Origin: Gracilimonas sp. | GTDB lineage: Bacteria; Bacteroidota; Rhodothermia; Balneolales; Balneolaceae | Direction of reading: 5' to 3' | Assembly: GCF_035704785.1 (NCBI RefSeq) | Contig: NZ_DASSWP010000030.1 | Location: forward strand, 17,112-81,111 | DNA length: 64,000 nucleotides | Shown: positions 9,952-20,812 of the stretch, in pieces | Layout of the letters: every line of letters starts with the position of its first letter | Position numbering within the stretch: the first letter of the stretch is position 1 | Position numbers and translations under genes: made by a program | The notes under the pieces: model-generated | Told to the model about the DNA's origin: nothing | Databases searched by the model: none | The model's input: only the letters and a program-made list of their open reading frames with translations

Positions 9952-10488
9952 ATGTCAGAAAAGTATAGTTCAGAATTTAAAGCTAAAGTAGCACTCGAAG
10001 CCGTATCACAGAGTCGTTCTGTAATTCAGAAGATCGCTGAAAAGCATGACATATCTGAAGAAGAGGTGATCTCCTGGGCAGCACAATTAAATGAAGATGC
10101 TGCCAGTTTATTTGGTGCAGAAACAACCCATGTTGATGACGGCGGTGAAGTTGAAGATGTTGACATCACTACTAATGATGAGGAATTTGCCGCAGCTGTT
10201 TCCCACGGAGTGATGAGCGATAACCTGAATTACGGTAAACTCATTTTCTGGTCTACCCTTGGAGCTTCTCTTGTAATAATTTTTGTTATAGGATTGGTTT
10301 ATTTTTCTCAGTATAGCTTATTTGAAGCACAAAAAGAGGCTTCTTCAAGAGTAACATATTCTGATTTCAGTGCTTTAGTGGCTGAACAAAAACAAGAATT
10401 AAACAGTTTTGGTGTAGTTGACCTCGAAGAAGGTATCTACAGAATTCCTATTGACAGCGCTATTAACAGAATAGCCATAGAAGACTAA
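9952..10488 (+). CDS. ActG-like single-pass membrane subunit with an N-terminal IS3-transposase-like HTH
   Basis: Lies between actF and the SCO gene; one TM helix; C-terminal GVVDLEEGIYRIPIDSAI typical of ActG; N-terminal YSSEFKAKVALEA like HTH_Tnp_1. Confidence 0.65.
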   Translation: MSEKYSSEFKAKVALEAVSQSRSVIQKIAEKHDISEEEVISWAAQLNEDAASLFGAETTHVDDGGEVEDVDITTNDEEFAAAVSHGVMSDNLNYGKLIFWSTLGASLVIIFVIGLVYFSQYSLFEAQKEASSRVTYSDFSALVAEQKQELNSFGVVDLEEGIYRIPIDSAINRIAIED

Positions 10489-10495
10489 AATAATC

Positions 10496-11326
10496 ATGAG
10501 ACTTTTTACACTGTTAGCTCATATGTTGCTTGCAGTGTTTCTGACTTCACAGGCTGCTTTGGCGCAGTTAAACCGTGAACAACCGGATGCATTGCAAGAT
10601 CTTGGCATCGATGAACATTTGGGAGATATCATCCCTCTTGATGCCAAATTTGCAACTTCAGAAGGTGACAGTGTTCTTTTAAATGAACTTCTTGAAGAAG
10701 GTAAACCGATTTTATTGAATCCATTGTATTACGAATGCCCCATGTTGTGTGGGTTAGTTTTGGATGGAACAATCAACGTAATTGAAGAACTGGATTGGAA
10801 ACCCGGTAAAGATTTTATTGTTATATCTGTCAGTATTGATCCGGATGAAGATACTGAACTTGCGGCTCGGTCTAAACAAAATTACCTGAGCCAAATGGAT
10901 TCAACCACCAAAGCAGGGTGGTATTTTTTGACCGGCAACAAGACACAGATTGACAAAGTAGTTGAAGCCGTTGGGTTTCGATACAAAGAAATTGAAGGCA
11001 CAGGTGAATATGCCCACAGTGCAGCAATTATACTCCTGAGTCCTGATGGGAAAATAACCCGTTATCTGTACGGTATTTCCTATGATGAATTTAATGTTCG
11101 CAGTGCTCTATATGAGGCCGCAGATGGAAAGATTGGAAACACCATAGACAAAATTGTCATGTACTGTTATCAATATGATCCTGATTCCGGTAGTTATACG
11201 CCGGTAGCAATTAATATTATGAAGCTTGGTGGCTTGGCTACGCTGATATTTCTCGGTATATTCTTGGGTTCGCTTTGGCTTCGCGAAAAACGCAAAAAAC
11301 AAACCTCAAAAACTGATATTAACTAA
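10496..11326 (+). CDS. SCO1/SenC family copper chaperone
   Basis: YYECPMLCG (CxxxC) and AHSAA His; lies within the oxidase operon. Confidence 0.9.
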   Translation: MRLFTLLAHMLLAVFLTSQAALAQLNREQPDALQDLGIDEHLGDIIPLDAKFATSEGDSVLLNELLEEGKPILLNPLYYECPMLCGLVLDGTINVIEELDWKPGKDFIVISVSIDPDEDTELAARSKQNYLSQMDSTTKAGWYFLTGNKTQIDKVVEAVGFRYKEIEGTGEYAHSAAIILLSPDGKITRYLYGISYDEFNVRSALYEAADGKIGNTIDKIVMYCYQYDPDSGSYTPVAINIMKLGGLATLIFLGIFLGSLWLREKRKKQTSKTDIN

Positions 11327-12270
11327 TGGGCAGTTTATTCGATTTTATGCTTCCGGAGCTTAAATCTCCATTAACAGGAGCAAGTACCGATGCAGTGATG
11401 GCTTTCATCCACATTGTAAGCTTCATTATTCTTGCCGGTGTCACGATCGCATTGATCTATTTTGCGATCAAGTATAAGCGCAAGTCTGAAGACGACGAAA
11501 CGCCACTGATCACCCACAACAATAAGCTTGAGATCACTTGGTCAGTAATACCCCTTCTTCTGGTATTCATCGTATTTGGATGGGGATATAAAGGGTGGCT
11601 GAATCTTAAAACCCCTCCTGATAACGCTTACGAGATCCATGTTTCTGCTTACAAGTGGGGATGGACCTTCAGCTATGAAAATGGTGCTCAGGTTGGAAAT
11701 GAAGTTCATGTACCCGCAGGTCGCCCCGTTAAATTAGTGATGCAGTCAGAAGATGTATTGCACTCCTTTTTTGTACCGGCCTTTCGTATTAAGCAAGATG
11801 TGCTCCCTAACAGGTATACCACAGTATGGTTTCAGGTAGAAGAGCCGGGTGAATCTCAGGTTTTTTGTACGGAATATTGCGGAACCTCTCACTCTGATAT
11901 GTTAGCCACTGTAGTGGCTCATACTCCAGATGACTTTGAAAGCTGGCTTTCAGAACAAGGTTCAGGCAGTGGAGGAACACCCGTAGAAAGGGGTGAAAAC
12001 CTGATTAGTATTCAAGGGTGTGTAACCTGTCATTCTGTTGATGGTTCAGAGAAAATTGGCCCAACTTTCCAGGGACTATTTGGCCGCGAAGAAACGATGA
12101 CCGATGGAACTACTCTGACCGTTGATGAGAATTACATTAGAGAATCTATTTTGGATCCCGGAGCAAAAATTGTTGAAGGATATCAAAACCAGATGGTTAG
12201 TTACGAAGGTCGCTTAAGTGACGAAGACATCTCCGATATTATTGAATACATTAAAACTTTAGAAGATTAA
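11326..12270 (+). CDS. coxB: Cytochrome c oxidase subunit II with fused cytochrome c (caa3 type)
   Basis: [15 protein letters not shown], CuA motif [13 protein letters not shown]-terminal CVTCH. Confidence 0.95.
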   Translation: MGSLFDFMLPELKSPLTGASTDAVMAFIHIVSFIILAGVTIALIYFAIKYKRKSEDDETPLITHNNKLEITWSVIPLLLVFIVFGWGYKGWLNLKTPPDNAYEIHVSAYKWGWTFSYENGAQVGNEVHVPAGRPVKLVMQSEDVLHSFFVPAFRIKQDVLPNRYTTVWFQVEEPGESQVFCTEYCGTSHSDMLATVVAHTPDDFESWLSEQGSGSGGTPVERGENLISIQGCVTCHSVDGSEKIGPTFQGLFGREETMTDGTTLTVDENYIRESILDPGAKIVEGYQNQMVSYEGRLSDEDISDIIEYIKTLED

Positions 12271-12271
12271 T

Positions 12272-13975
12272 ATGTCAACAGCTGAAGTAACTCCGGAATC
12301 TACCGGAACAAAAAAGACATTAAAAGTAAAACGGTACAAGCCGTCCGAAGACCCCAAAAATACCTATTTAACCGATGAAAAAGGTCTATGGGCTTGGATG
12401 ACCACTGTAGATCATAAAAAGATCGGGCTCATGTACCTGGGCTCAGTTACTTTCTTTTTCTTATTAGGCGGTATTTTAGCACTTCTTTTAAGGACAGAAC
12501 TTTTAACACCTGCCAAAACCTTCATTGAGGCCGATACCTACAATCAGTTCTTCACGCTCCACGGAGCTATCATGGTATTCTTTGTGCTAATACCCTCCAT
12601 CCCTGCCGCGCTTGGAAACTTTGTACTTCCTATGCAGCTTGGAGCAAAGGATGTAGCGTTTCCGAGGCTCAACCTCGCCAGTTTCTATATCTATGTTATT
12701 GGAGCCATTTTTACATTCATTGCTCTTGCAAATAATGGATTAGACACCGGCTGGACCTTCTACACTCCTTACAGTACCGAATCTTCATCGAGTGTAATAT
12801 GGGTAACGCTTGGGGTTTTCATACTTGGATTTTCATCCATATTAACCGGTACTAACTTTATTGCCACCATTCACAAGTTACGGGCACCCGGTATTACCTG
12901 GGGTAAACTTCCTTTGAATTTATGGGCATTATATGCCACAAGTATTATTCAGGTACTTGCTACTCCTGTATTAGCTATTACAGTTTTGCTTCTTACTATG
13001 GAGCGTGCTCTTGGAATAGGAATTTTTGATCCGGCTCTTGGCGGTGACCCGGTTTTATTCCAGCATTTCTTCTGGTTCTACTCTCACCCCGCTGTATATA
13101 TTATGATCGTGCCTGCCTTTGGGATCATCTCTGAAGTGATCACTACCTTCTCCAAGAAACATATTTTTGGATATTGGGCGATCGCACTTTCATCCCTAGC
13201 CATTGCCTTTATTGGATTCCTCGTATGGGGACACCACATGTTCACCTCAGGTCAGTCGGCTGTAGCAACCACCGTTTTCTCATTCCTAACTTTCTTAGTG
13301 GGAATCCCGACCGGTATTAAGATCCTGAACTGGGTTGCTACCTTATACAAAGGTTCTATTCAAATGAAATCTCCGATGATCTATGTATTCAGCTTCTTGT
13401 TCATATTCTCTATCGGTGGATTTACAGGGATCATGCTTGGAGCACTTTCAGCCGATATTCACCTTCACGATACCTATTATGTGGTAGCCCACTTTCACTA
13501 TGTGATGATGGGTGGTACCCTGATTTCATTTCTTGCCGGACTCCACTATTGGTGGCCAAAAATGACAGGGAAGATGTACAACGAATTTCAGGCTAAGATT
13601 GGAGCTGCTTTAATTTTCATCGGCTTTAACACGACCTTCCTTCCGCAGTTCATTATGGGATCGCAGGGAATGCCTCGACGATATTATAACTACATAGATC
13701 AGTTTACCATATTCCACCAAACTTCAACTATCGGTTCTTATATACTTGGAGTTGGATTCTTACTGATCGCTTACTACTTAGCAAAATCATTAATGAGTGG
13801 TGAAAAAGCCGGTTCAAATCCATGGGGAAGCCGTGGTTTGGAATGGCAGGCAACATCACCACCTGATTTCCACAACTTCGATCACACTCCGGTGATCATT
13901 AATGGTCCTTATGACTATCACAGGCCTATGGAAGAATTCCAGCTTGGCTTGGCGAATGAAGACAAAGATCACTGA
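12272..13975 (+). CDS. coxA: Cytochrome c oxidase subunit I, type A2
   Basis: [20 protein letters not shown] (YS motif of type A2), VWGHHMF, VAHFHYV. Confidence 0.96.
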   Translation: MSTAEVTPESTGTKKTLKVKRYKPSEDPKNTYLTDEKGLWAWMTTVDHKKIGLMYLGSVTFFFLLGGILALLLRTELLTPAKTFIEADTYNQFFTLHGAIMVFFVLIPSIPAALGNFVLPMQLGAKDVAFPRLNLASFYIYVIGAIFTFIALANNGLDTGWTFYTPYSTESSSSVIWVTLGVFILGFSSILTGTNFIATIHKLRAPGITWGKLPLNLWALYATSIIQVLATPVLAITVLLLTMERALGIGIFDPALGGDPVLFQHFFWFYSHPAVYIMIVPAFGIISEVITTFSKKHIFGYWAIALSSLAIAFIGFLVWGHHMFTSGQSAVATTVFSFLTFLVGIPTGIKILNWVATLYKGSIQMKSPMIYVFSFLFIFSIGGFTGIMLGALSADIHLHDTYYVVAHFHYVMMGGTLISFLAGLHYWWPKMTGKMYNEFQAKIGAALIFIGFNTTFLPQFIMGSQGMPRRYYNYIDQFTIFHQTSTIGSYILGVGFLLIAYYLAKSLMSGEKAGSNPWGSRGLEWQATSPPDFHNFDHTPVIINGPYDYHRPMEEFQLGLANEDKDH

Positions 13976-14046
13976 TGAAAATTGAAGCTCGGAAAAGAGT
14001 AGAAAACAAAAAAATGCAAACCAACAAAACACAACTCGGGAAGTAA

Positions 14047-14697
14047 ATGGCGAATCATTCGACTTCACACCCTACGCATGTGCATCATCACTTTGTTGAT
14101 TCCGATCAGCAATTTGATACCGCAAAATTGGGTATGTGGGTGTTCTTAGTAAACGAAATCTTATTTTTTGGCGGGTTATTCTGTGCCTATATCGTTTATA
14201 GAGCATGGTATCCGGAACTATTCCAAATGGCTGCACTTGAGCTCAATACCTTTTGGGGAGCAGTAAACACTGTTGTTCTTATCGGTAGTAGTTTAACGGT
14301 AGCTATGGCCATACGGTCTGCCCAGAAAGATCAAATGAAAGGGTTAAAAATAAACCTTCTCATAACTATTGGCCTTGCAGTGGTATTTATGGTTATTAAA
14401 GGCTTTGAGTATGCCCATAAGTTTGAGCTTGGCATTTTCCCGGGTGAGTATTACACCTATGAAGGTCTTGATCATCCACAGGCAGCTATTTTCTTTAGTA
14501 TCTATTATATGCTGACCGGTGTTCACGCTTTGCACGTTTTGATCGGTATCGGCTTGATCTACTGGATCTACCGAAGAGCAAAGAAAGGAGAATTTAGCAG
14601 CGAGTACTATACTCCTGTTGAGATTACAGGACTTTACTGGCACTTGGTTGACCTTATATGGATCTTCCTCTTCCCGCTACTTTACCTCATTGAATGA
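14047..14697 (+). CDS. coxC: Cytochrome c oxidase subunit III
   Basis: GMWVFLVNE, LTGVHALHV, YWHLVDLIWIFLFP. Confidence 0.93.
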   Translation: MANHSTSHPTHVHHHFVDSDQQFDTAKLGMWVFLVNEILFFGGLFCAYIVYRAWYPELFQMAALELNTFWGAVNTVVLIGSSLTVAMAIRSAQKDQMKGLKINLLITIGLAVVFMVIKGFEYAHKFELGIFPGEYYTYEGLDHPQAAIFFSIYYMLTGVHALHVLIGIGLIYWIYRRAKKGEFSSEYYTPVEITGLYWHLVDLIWIFLFPLLYLIE

Positions 14698-14725
14698 CAG
14701 ACTTTATCCTAAACGATTTTAGACT

Positions 14726-15043
14726 ATGAGCACACATAATCACGAACATCATATTTCTACAGCAGGCCAGCTTTGGGCCGTTGGAACCGCACTGTTGATC
14801 CTGACCATCATCACGGTGGTAGTCGCAAAATTTGTTGCGATTCCCCCACCCTTTGATGTGGTCACCGCTATATCCATTGCTTTGATAAAAGCATTTTTGG
14901 TAGCTGCATTTTTTATGAATTTATATTGGGATGTAAAATTCAATGCTATGCTTTTAATCACGGCTGTAATATTCTTCCTTTTAATGATCTCCATTACATT
15001 ACTTGATACATTGTATCGAAATGATGTAGTGCCTTCATTTTGA
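14726..15043 (+). CDS. coxD: Cytochrome c oxidase subunit IV family protein
   Basis: Three TM helices, KAFLVAAFFMNL motif; last gene of the operon. Confidence 0.85.
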   Translation: MSTHNHEHHISTAGQLWAVGTALLILTIITVVVAKFVAIPPPFDVVTAISIALIKAFLVAAFFMNLYWDVKFNAMLLITAVIFFLLMISITLLDTLYRNDVVPSF

Positions 15044-15066
15044 TCAAACAGATTTATAATCAGTGT

Positions 15067-15097
15067 AAAAGCCCTTCAGAAATGAAGGGCTTTTTTT
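15067..15097 (+). terminator. Intrinsic terminator of the act-cox operon
   Basis: AAAAGCCCTTCA-gaaa-TGAAGGGCTTTT followed by a T run. Confidence 0.9.
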
Positions 15098-15171
15098 ATG
15101 CCTTTTAATACCCTCTGTTCTGAATCCTGTCTGCTGATTGTTATATTCTCAGTGAACCAAATCTTTACTAT

Positions 15172-16047
15172 ATGAGCTTATCAAAAACAACCTTAGGACC
15201 TTTTGAATTATTTACCATTGAAACCGGTGATTTCCGCTTAGATGGAGGCGCCATGTTTGGGGTTGTTCCAAAGACCCTTTGGTCTCGAGATCTTCCTGCA
15301 GATGAAAAAAACCGAATTCCAATGACCATGCGTTGTCTTCTTATCAGATCAAAAAATACCGGTAAGTTATACCTTATCGATAACGGAGCCGGAACTAAGT
15401 TCAATGATAAAATGGAAGACATCTATCAGCTTGATCAAAGCAACAAAAATCTGGAGAATTCATTTAAAGAACATGGATTCTCTTTTGATGATGTAACCGA
15501 TGTTATTTTTACCCATCTTCATTTCGACCATTGCGGAGGAACCAGCTTCTATAATAATAGTGATGAACTGGAGCTGACTTTTTCGAATGCAACCTACCAT
15601 GTTGTTGATACTCATTGGAAAAATGCTAACGCTCCGAATGCCCGTGAAAAAGCCAGCTTTCTTCCGGAAAACATTACACCTATCAAGGAATCCGGAAAGC
15701 TTAACCTTGTTAAAGAAAACCATGAGTATGAGCCGGGATTATCTGCTGTAGGTGTTAATGGCCATACCATTGGGCAGCAACTCCCAAAAGTTGAGGTAGA
15801 TAGTGAAACTCTGGTTTTTGTAGCTGACTTACTGCCTACCCATGTACATGTTCCTATTCCCTGGGTTATGGGTTACGATATGTATCCTGTTCAAACGTTA
15901 AACGAAAAAGATGCGTTTTTAAAAATTGCAGCCCAGAAAAACTGGAACCTTTATTTAGAACATGATGCTCATAAAGAAATAATTCGTATTCAATATGAAG
16001 ATGGTCGGTTTTCAGTCTCAGATAGTTTAACACTTAGTGACCTTTAA
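15172..16047 (+). CDS. Metallo-beta-lactamase fold hydrolase
   Basis: LDGGAMFGVVPK, THLHFDHCGG, GHT, EHD motifs. Confidence 0.9.
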   Translation: MSLSKTTLGPFELFTIETGDFRLDGGAMFGVVPKTLWSRDLPADEKNRIPMTMRCLLIRSKNTGKLYLIDNGAGTKFNDKMEDIYQLDQSNKNLENSFKEHGFSFDDVTDVIFTHLHFDHCGGTSFYNNSDELELTFSNATYHVVDTHWKNANAPNAREKASFLPENITPIKESGKLNLVKENHEYEPGLSAVGVNGHTIGQQLPKVEVDSETLVFVADLLPTHVHVPIPWVMGYDMYPVQTLNEKDAFLKIAAQKNWNLYLEHDAHKEIIRIQYEDGRFSVSDSLTLSDL

Positions 16048-16106
16048 GGCGCAATAAATAATATTCAACGGGGTTTTACAACACCCTGTCTCGCTTATAG
16101 CAATCA

Positions 16107-19100
16107 ATGGAAAAAACCGGACCACATAACTCAACCGATAAAGTTCAGAAGCTACTTCATTCAGCTTTTGATACCCTTCTTTCTAAAAGAAGCGGGACCA
16201 TTTTGCTTCGGTCATTTCTGATACTATTTGCCGGATTTACAGCCTTGATCATTGCCGAGAATGTTATCTACCTTTCTATTGTCACAAAGACCACGCTGCT
16301 ATTTTCGATCCTGATCGCTTCGATTACCTCCTACCGGATGGGAAAGAAGGCTTCCAAATCGCTTGAATTCACTGAATTTTATCGTGAATTCAGCCGGAAA
16401 AGCAAGCTTCCTGAACTCAAGGATACTCTTGATCTTGAAAAATCCGGTGGCGGAAACCGCGCGCTGATTGATGCTGCTGTTTTACAGAATCTTAGTAAAA
16501 TTAAAACCGACAGGCTGGAGAATTCTCTCTCTGAATACCTAAGGTCCTCCGAAAGTTATAGCCACTATAAACAGTTTTTGAATTTAGGAGTTGCTGCATT
16601 TATAATTTTAGGGATCACTTCTTTTAATTTTAATAATGCTGCCCAAAGAACTTTTACGTTTTGGAAAGGCTATGAAAAACCTAATCCATTCAGCTTCACT
16701 ATATCTCCCGGTGATATCACTTTAGAACAAGGAACTCCTTTTAAAGTTGATATCGCATTCAAAGGAGAGCTTATTCCCGAAAATACAGTGTTAAGGATTA
16801 AGACCTCGGTTGAGGAAGAATACCGAACCCGTGTTATGGAACATTCTGGAACCATCTTCAGCTCTATTCCTCAGAAGCTGAATAATGATCTGGAATATTA
16901 TATAGAAATGGATGGCTATAAAAGTGAAATTTTCAGTGCCAATGTGCAACTCAGGCCCAGATTCACACAACTTCAAGCTGCTATAATTCCTCCGGTATAT
17001 ACCGAACTCGATTCATCTATGATCTCTTATCCTGTTTCTCAGATCAGGGCATATCAGGGTTCAATATTAAAGCTTTCCGGTGAGCTTAATAAGGAAATTT
17101 CATCTCTACAATTATATTCAGGAAATGAATTTTTAGATCTACCCACCAATCAGGACAGTACCTTCACTTACGATCTGGAAATTGAAGATGCCGATACCTT
17201 AAGGTTCTATATTGAAGACAAAAAAGGGCTTACAAACAAAAACCCTTTCCAGATAATTGTATCTCCACAGCCTGATGAATATCCCCTGGCAGAGATAATA
17301 GAGCCTGAACAAAATCTACAGGAAGTTAATCCCGAAGAGATCAACCTCCTTTATCGAGCTACTGATGACTTTGGACTTACTGCCGCAGCTTTGAGTTATG
17401 AACTCAGAAGAGCTTATACGGAGGAACCCGTAACGGGTACAATATCGCTCAACACTCCTTCAATAGGTAGCTTGAATTCCTACGTTTGGAATCTGAACGA
17501 ACTTAATTTAAAACCGCTGGATGTACTTACATTTTCGATTACTGTTCAGGACAATGACGAATACAATGGATATAAATCTTCCAGTTCACAGTCCATCATT
17601 CTCGAAGTACCTTCACTCGTTGACTATTTTGAAGATATCGATCAAAAAGAAGATGAGATTGAAACAGATCTGACTGACATCTCTAAGGCTTTTGAACAGA
17701 CCCAGGAGCAGTATGAACGCTTTAAAGAACAGATGAAGAATGATCCTGAAAGTACAGGATATGAGGAAAAACGAGAGCTAGAACAGGTTCAAAAGCAGCA
17801 GGAAGAGGTTCAAAAAAGAATTGAAGAACTGAACCAGAAATTTAAAGAGCTTAAAGATGAACTAAATAAAGACGATATGCTTTCTGAAGAGACTCAAAAA
17901 GCATACGATGAGCTTCAAAAGTTAATGGAGGAAATTGATGACCCTGCTTACCGGGAAGCCTTGAGAAAATTGCAGGAACAGATGGCACAAATGAGTCCTG
18001 AGCAGATGAGAGAGGCCATGGAGAACCTCGAGTTTAACGAAGAACTCTATAAAGAACGACTGCAACGAACCATTGAATTATTCAAGCAAATAAAATTAAA
18101 CTCTGATTTGGACAAACTTGTCAAGTCTTTTGAGGATATGGCCCGAAAAGAAGAGGAACAGGCCCAAAGCGATCAAAATCAGCCCACTGAGCTAATAGAT
18201 GAGCAACAGAAAAGGTCGCTTGAAGAGATTGAAAAACTCAAAGAACAAGTAAATTCTCTTTCTGAAAATACTACAGAGAATAATCAACAAGCAGTTAACG
18301 AATATCAGCAAAATACCAATGAAGAGTTAGATCGTTTATCAGAAGAAACAAAAGAGGATAACGAATCAGCATCAGAAGCAGAAAAGCAAGAATCTGAATC
18401 AGATTCTGCAGATAAAAATAATTCGGAAGAACAAGAAGGAAACCGACAACAGAGATATCAGAAATTGGCTGAAGACACTCAAAAGCTCATGGACAGTATA
18501 TACCAAAACCAAATGAATATTAATATTGCAGGACTGCGATATGTGTTGTATTCCCTTCTTAATTTGTCGCTTGAGCAGGAGGACCTGACAACGCTTGCTT
18601 CTTCCACTGAAAACCGAAGTCAGGCATATGTAACTTATGCCCGGGATCAAAGTAATGTGGAAGGTATTTTTACTTCCATCTCGGATTCCCTTTTTCAATT
18701 GTCATCACAGATCCCGCAATTCTCAAATGACATCAACAAAAAGAAACTTGAAGTTAAAGAACGACTTCAACGATCGCTTGAACAAATGTCGGAACGTAAC
18801 AGGAGTCAGTCATCTGTTGCATCAAGGCAGGCTTTAGGTGGAATTAATGAGATCTCATTCATGGTAGCCAATCTGTTGGAACAGCTTCAAAATTCTGAAG
18901 GTGAAGGCGGAGGTGGTGCGGGAGGGATGTCGATGCAGCAAATGATCGAACAGCTTCAACAATCCGGAGAACAGCAGCAACAGCTAAACCAGATGATGCA
19001 GGAAATGATCAATGATATTCAGGGAGACCGGCTTTCTCAGGATCAAATGGAAAGACTGGATCAAATCGCCAGACAACAGAATCAAATTCGAAAACAACTG

Positions 19101-19490
19101 CAAGAGCTACAGCAAAACGGTGATTTTAGCGGAGATAAAATCGGCAGTGAGCTAGAGCGAATGATCGAAGATATGGAGGATACTATCAATGACTTGCGGG
19201 GTGGTGCTACCGATCCAATTTTGATCGAAAGACAGCAAAATATTCTATCCCGTATGCTTGACGCGGAACAAGCAATGCAAGAACGTGATGAAGAAGATAA
19301 AAGAGAGGGATCTATAGCTGAAGATCTTAATAGAAGCACCCCCCCTGAATTGACGCTTGAAGAACTCGAAAAGCAAATACAAAATCGCCTTAATGATCCA
19401 AATTTCACTAAATATTCTCCGGATTATCAGCGTTTGATCGAAAACTACTTTGAACTGTTGAAACGACTTCAAGAACGTGAGATCCAGTAA
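16107..19490 (+). CDS. DUF4175-like large membrane-anchored coiled-coil protein
   Basis: N-terminal TM helices, Ig-like middle region with ATDDFGL and VQDND, long Q/E-rich coiled coil, SPDYQRLIENYF ending. Confidence 0.75.
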   Translation: MEKTGPHNSTDKVQKLLHSAFDTLLSKRSGTILLRSFLILFAGFTALIIAENVIYLSIVTKTTLLFSILIASITSYRMGKKASKSLEFTEFYREFSRKSKLPELKDTLDLEKSGGGNRALIDAAVLQNLSKIKTDRLENSLSEYLRSSESYSHYKQFLNLGVAAFIILGITSFNFNNAAQRTFTFWKGYEKPNPFSFTISPGDITLEQGTPFKVDIAFKGELIPENTVLRIKTSVEEEYRTRVMEHSGTIFSSIPQKLNNDLEYYIEMDGYKSEIFSANVQLRPRFTQLQAAIIPPVYTELDSSMISYPVSQIRAYQGSILKLSGELNKEISSLQLYSGNEFLDLPTNQDSTFTYDLEIEDADTLRFYIEDKKGLTNKNPFQIIVSPQPDEYPLAEIIEPEQNLQEVNPEEINLLYRATDDFGLTAAALSYELRRAYTEEPVTGTISLNTPSIGSLNSYVWNLNELNLKPLDVLTFSITVQDNDEYNGYKSSSSQSIILEVPSLVDYFEDIDQKEDEIETDLTDISKAFEQTQEQYERFKEQMKNDPESTGYEEKRELEQVQKQQEEVQKRIEELNQKFKELKDELNKDDMLSEETQKAYDELQKLMEEIDDPAYREALRKLQEQMAQMSPEQMREAMENLEFNEELYKERLQRTIELFKQIKLNSDLDKLVKSFEDMARKEEEQAQSDQNQPTELIDEQQKRSLEEIEKLKEQVNSLSENTTENNQQAVNEYQQNTNEELDRLSEETKEDNESASEAEKQESESDSADKNNSEEQEGNRQQRYQKLAEDTQKLMDSIYQNQMNINIAGLRYVLYSLLNLSLEQEDLTTLASSTENRSQAYVTYARDQSNVEGIFTSISDSLFQLSSQIPQFSNDINKKKLEVKERLQRSLEQMSERNRSQSSVASRQALGGINEISFMVANLLEQLQNSEGEGGGGAGGMSMQQMIEQLQQSGEQQQQLNQMMQEMINDIQGDRLSQDQMERLDQIARQQNQIRKQLQELQQNGDFSGDKIGSELERMIEDMEDTINDLRGGATDPILIERQQNILSRMLDAEQAMQERDEEDKREGSIAEDLNRSTPPELTLEELEKQIQNRLNDPNFTKYSPDYQRLIENYFELLKRLQEREIQ

Positions 19491-19528
19491 AGGCTTTACC
19501 GTTTTATTCGGTCTTTTTTAAATAAAAA

Positions 19529-20275
19529 TTACAAACCTCTGTTATAAGCGATCAATTGCTCGTACACCTCAAGCACCCCTTCAGTCGCTTCTCTTGTGAC
19601 AGTATCTACTTTATCTCTAATAAAGCTTTTAGCATTAATTGGCGCAAAAGATTTACCAACTATACTTAGACCCGGTATATCTCCACTGCTATCGCCTATA
19701 TAAGCTATTTCATTTAGATCAATTTCTAATTTCTCACTGAGAAACCGTATCCCTTCTCCCTTATTCGCTTTCTTTAAAATGATATTGACAGAAACATCGG
19801 TAGCGTGGACCTCAAACATGGGATATTTATCACCAACATGGTTCAGAACTTCCTGATGCATTAGCGTAATTTTTGATGTATCAGGGTTAACTAATCCGGC
19901 ATCGGTATATTTGGCAAACTCAGGATAAGTACCCTTATAATTTTTAATAAGCGTTCCTTCTAACCATTCCTTGATCTCTGCAACTGCCTGTTTAGCCTCA
20001 TTATCAAAATGCGGATTCCAGGTGATCTCGTTGGTTTTAATATCATATATGCCTCCTCCACTTTCGAATAGCATTGGGAGATCTACATCAAGCCACTGCC
20101 CTATAGCTTCTACATATGGAAAAGGACGCCCGGAACAGATTGTTAGTGCAGGAATATTTTTATCCTCCTTACTCAGGCGGCTCAATTCTTTAATACGCGT
20201 AACCGCCTTCCAATCAGGACTGAGAAATGGATGTGTTACACAACCGTCTAAGTCTGTAATGAATAGCTTTATCAT
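19529..20275 (-). CDS. HAD superfamily hydrolase (subfamily IIB-like)
   Basis: TDLDGC motif I, SGR motif II, NKGEG, YIGDSSGD motif IV. Confidence 0.85.
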   Translation of the reverse strand: MIKLFITDLDGCVTHPFLSPDWKAVTRIKELSRLSKEDKNIPALTICSGRPFPYVEAIGQWLDVDLPMLFESGGGIYDIKTNEITWNPHFDNEAKQAVAEIKEWLEGTLIKNYKGTYPEFAKYTDAGLVNPDTSKITLMHQEVLNHVGDKYPMFEVHATDVSVNIILKKANKGEGIRFLSEKLEIDLNEIAYIGDSSGDIPGLSIVGKSFAPINAKSFIRDKVDTVTREATEGVLEVYEQLIAYNRGL

Positions 20276-20287
20276 AGAAAAATATAC

Positions 20288-20782
20288 CTATCTCCCAAAA
20301 TCATCTTCAAGCCGCACAATATCTTTCTCATTTGAGGGGTGGTCAGCATATATATGTTGCCATATTTCAGCAATTACCCCCCAATTTTCAAGGCCTACCA
20401 AACGATGACGCTCTCCTTGCTTCAAGGTAATACGATCACCTGTATTATATTCCTTCACTTTCTTTTGCTCGTCCGTAATACTTCGAATTACTCCCACCGG
20501 ACCGTTTAGAACCTGCCACAGTTCTGCCCTGCGATGATGGTATTGCCAAGACAATCTCTTTCCCGGTTCTACCAATAAGATCTTAGGGCTTAATCTTCCT
20601 GAAATATTGATCTCTCCCATTTCAACATCATTGAAATATGTTTCTATGAATTTTTTAGCCTGACTGTCATCAATTACAAAAAAGCCACCCCAGGGGCGAT
20701 CAAAGTCCTGATCTGTAATTTTAAAACCCTGCTCTTTTAATTTCTCTTCAATTCTTTGAAACTGCCTTTCCTTTTCTGACAT
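20288..20782 (-). CDS. Cupin protein, stand-alone mannose-6-phosphate isomerase type II-like domain
   Basis: RPWG, RLSWQYHHRRAELW, ERHRL, DIVRLEDDFGR. Confidence 0.8.
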   Translation of the reverse strand: MSEKERQFQRIEEKLKEQGFKITDQDFDRPWGGFFVIDDSQAKKFIETYFNDVEMGEINISGRLSPKILLVEPGKRLSWQYHHRRAELWQVLNGPVGVIRSITDEQKKVKEYNTGDRITLKQGERHRLVGLENWGVIAEIWQHIYADHPSNEKDIVRLEDDFGR

Positions 20783-20812
20783 GCGTAGTTTATATAAAAG
20801 TTAATTAATCTG

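Noticed and set aside
9952-10120. Active IS3-family insertion sequence
   Set aside because: Only an OrfA-like HTH is present; no DDE OrfB, frameshift signal, terminal inverted repeats or target duplication, and it is fused in frame to a membrane protein
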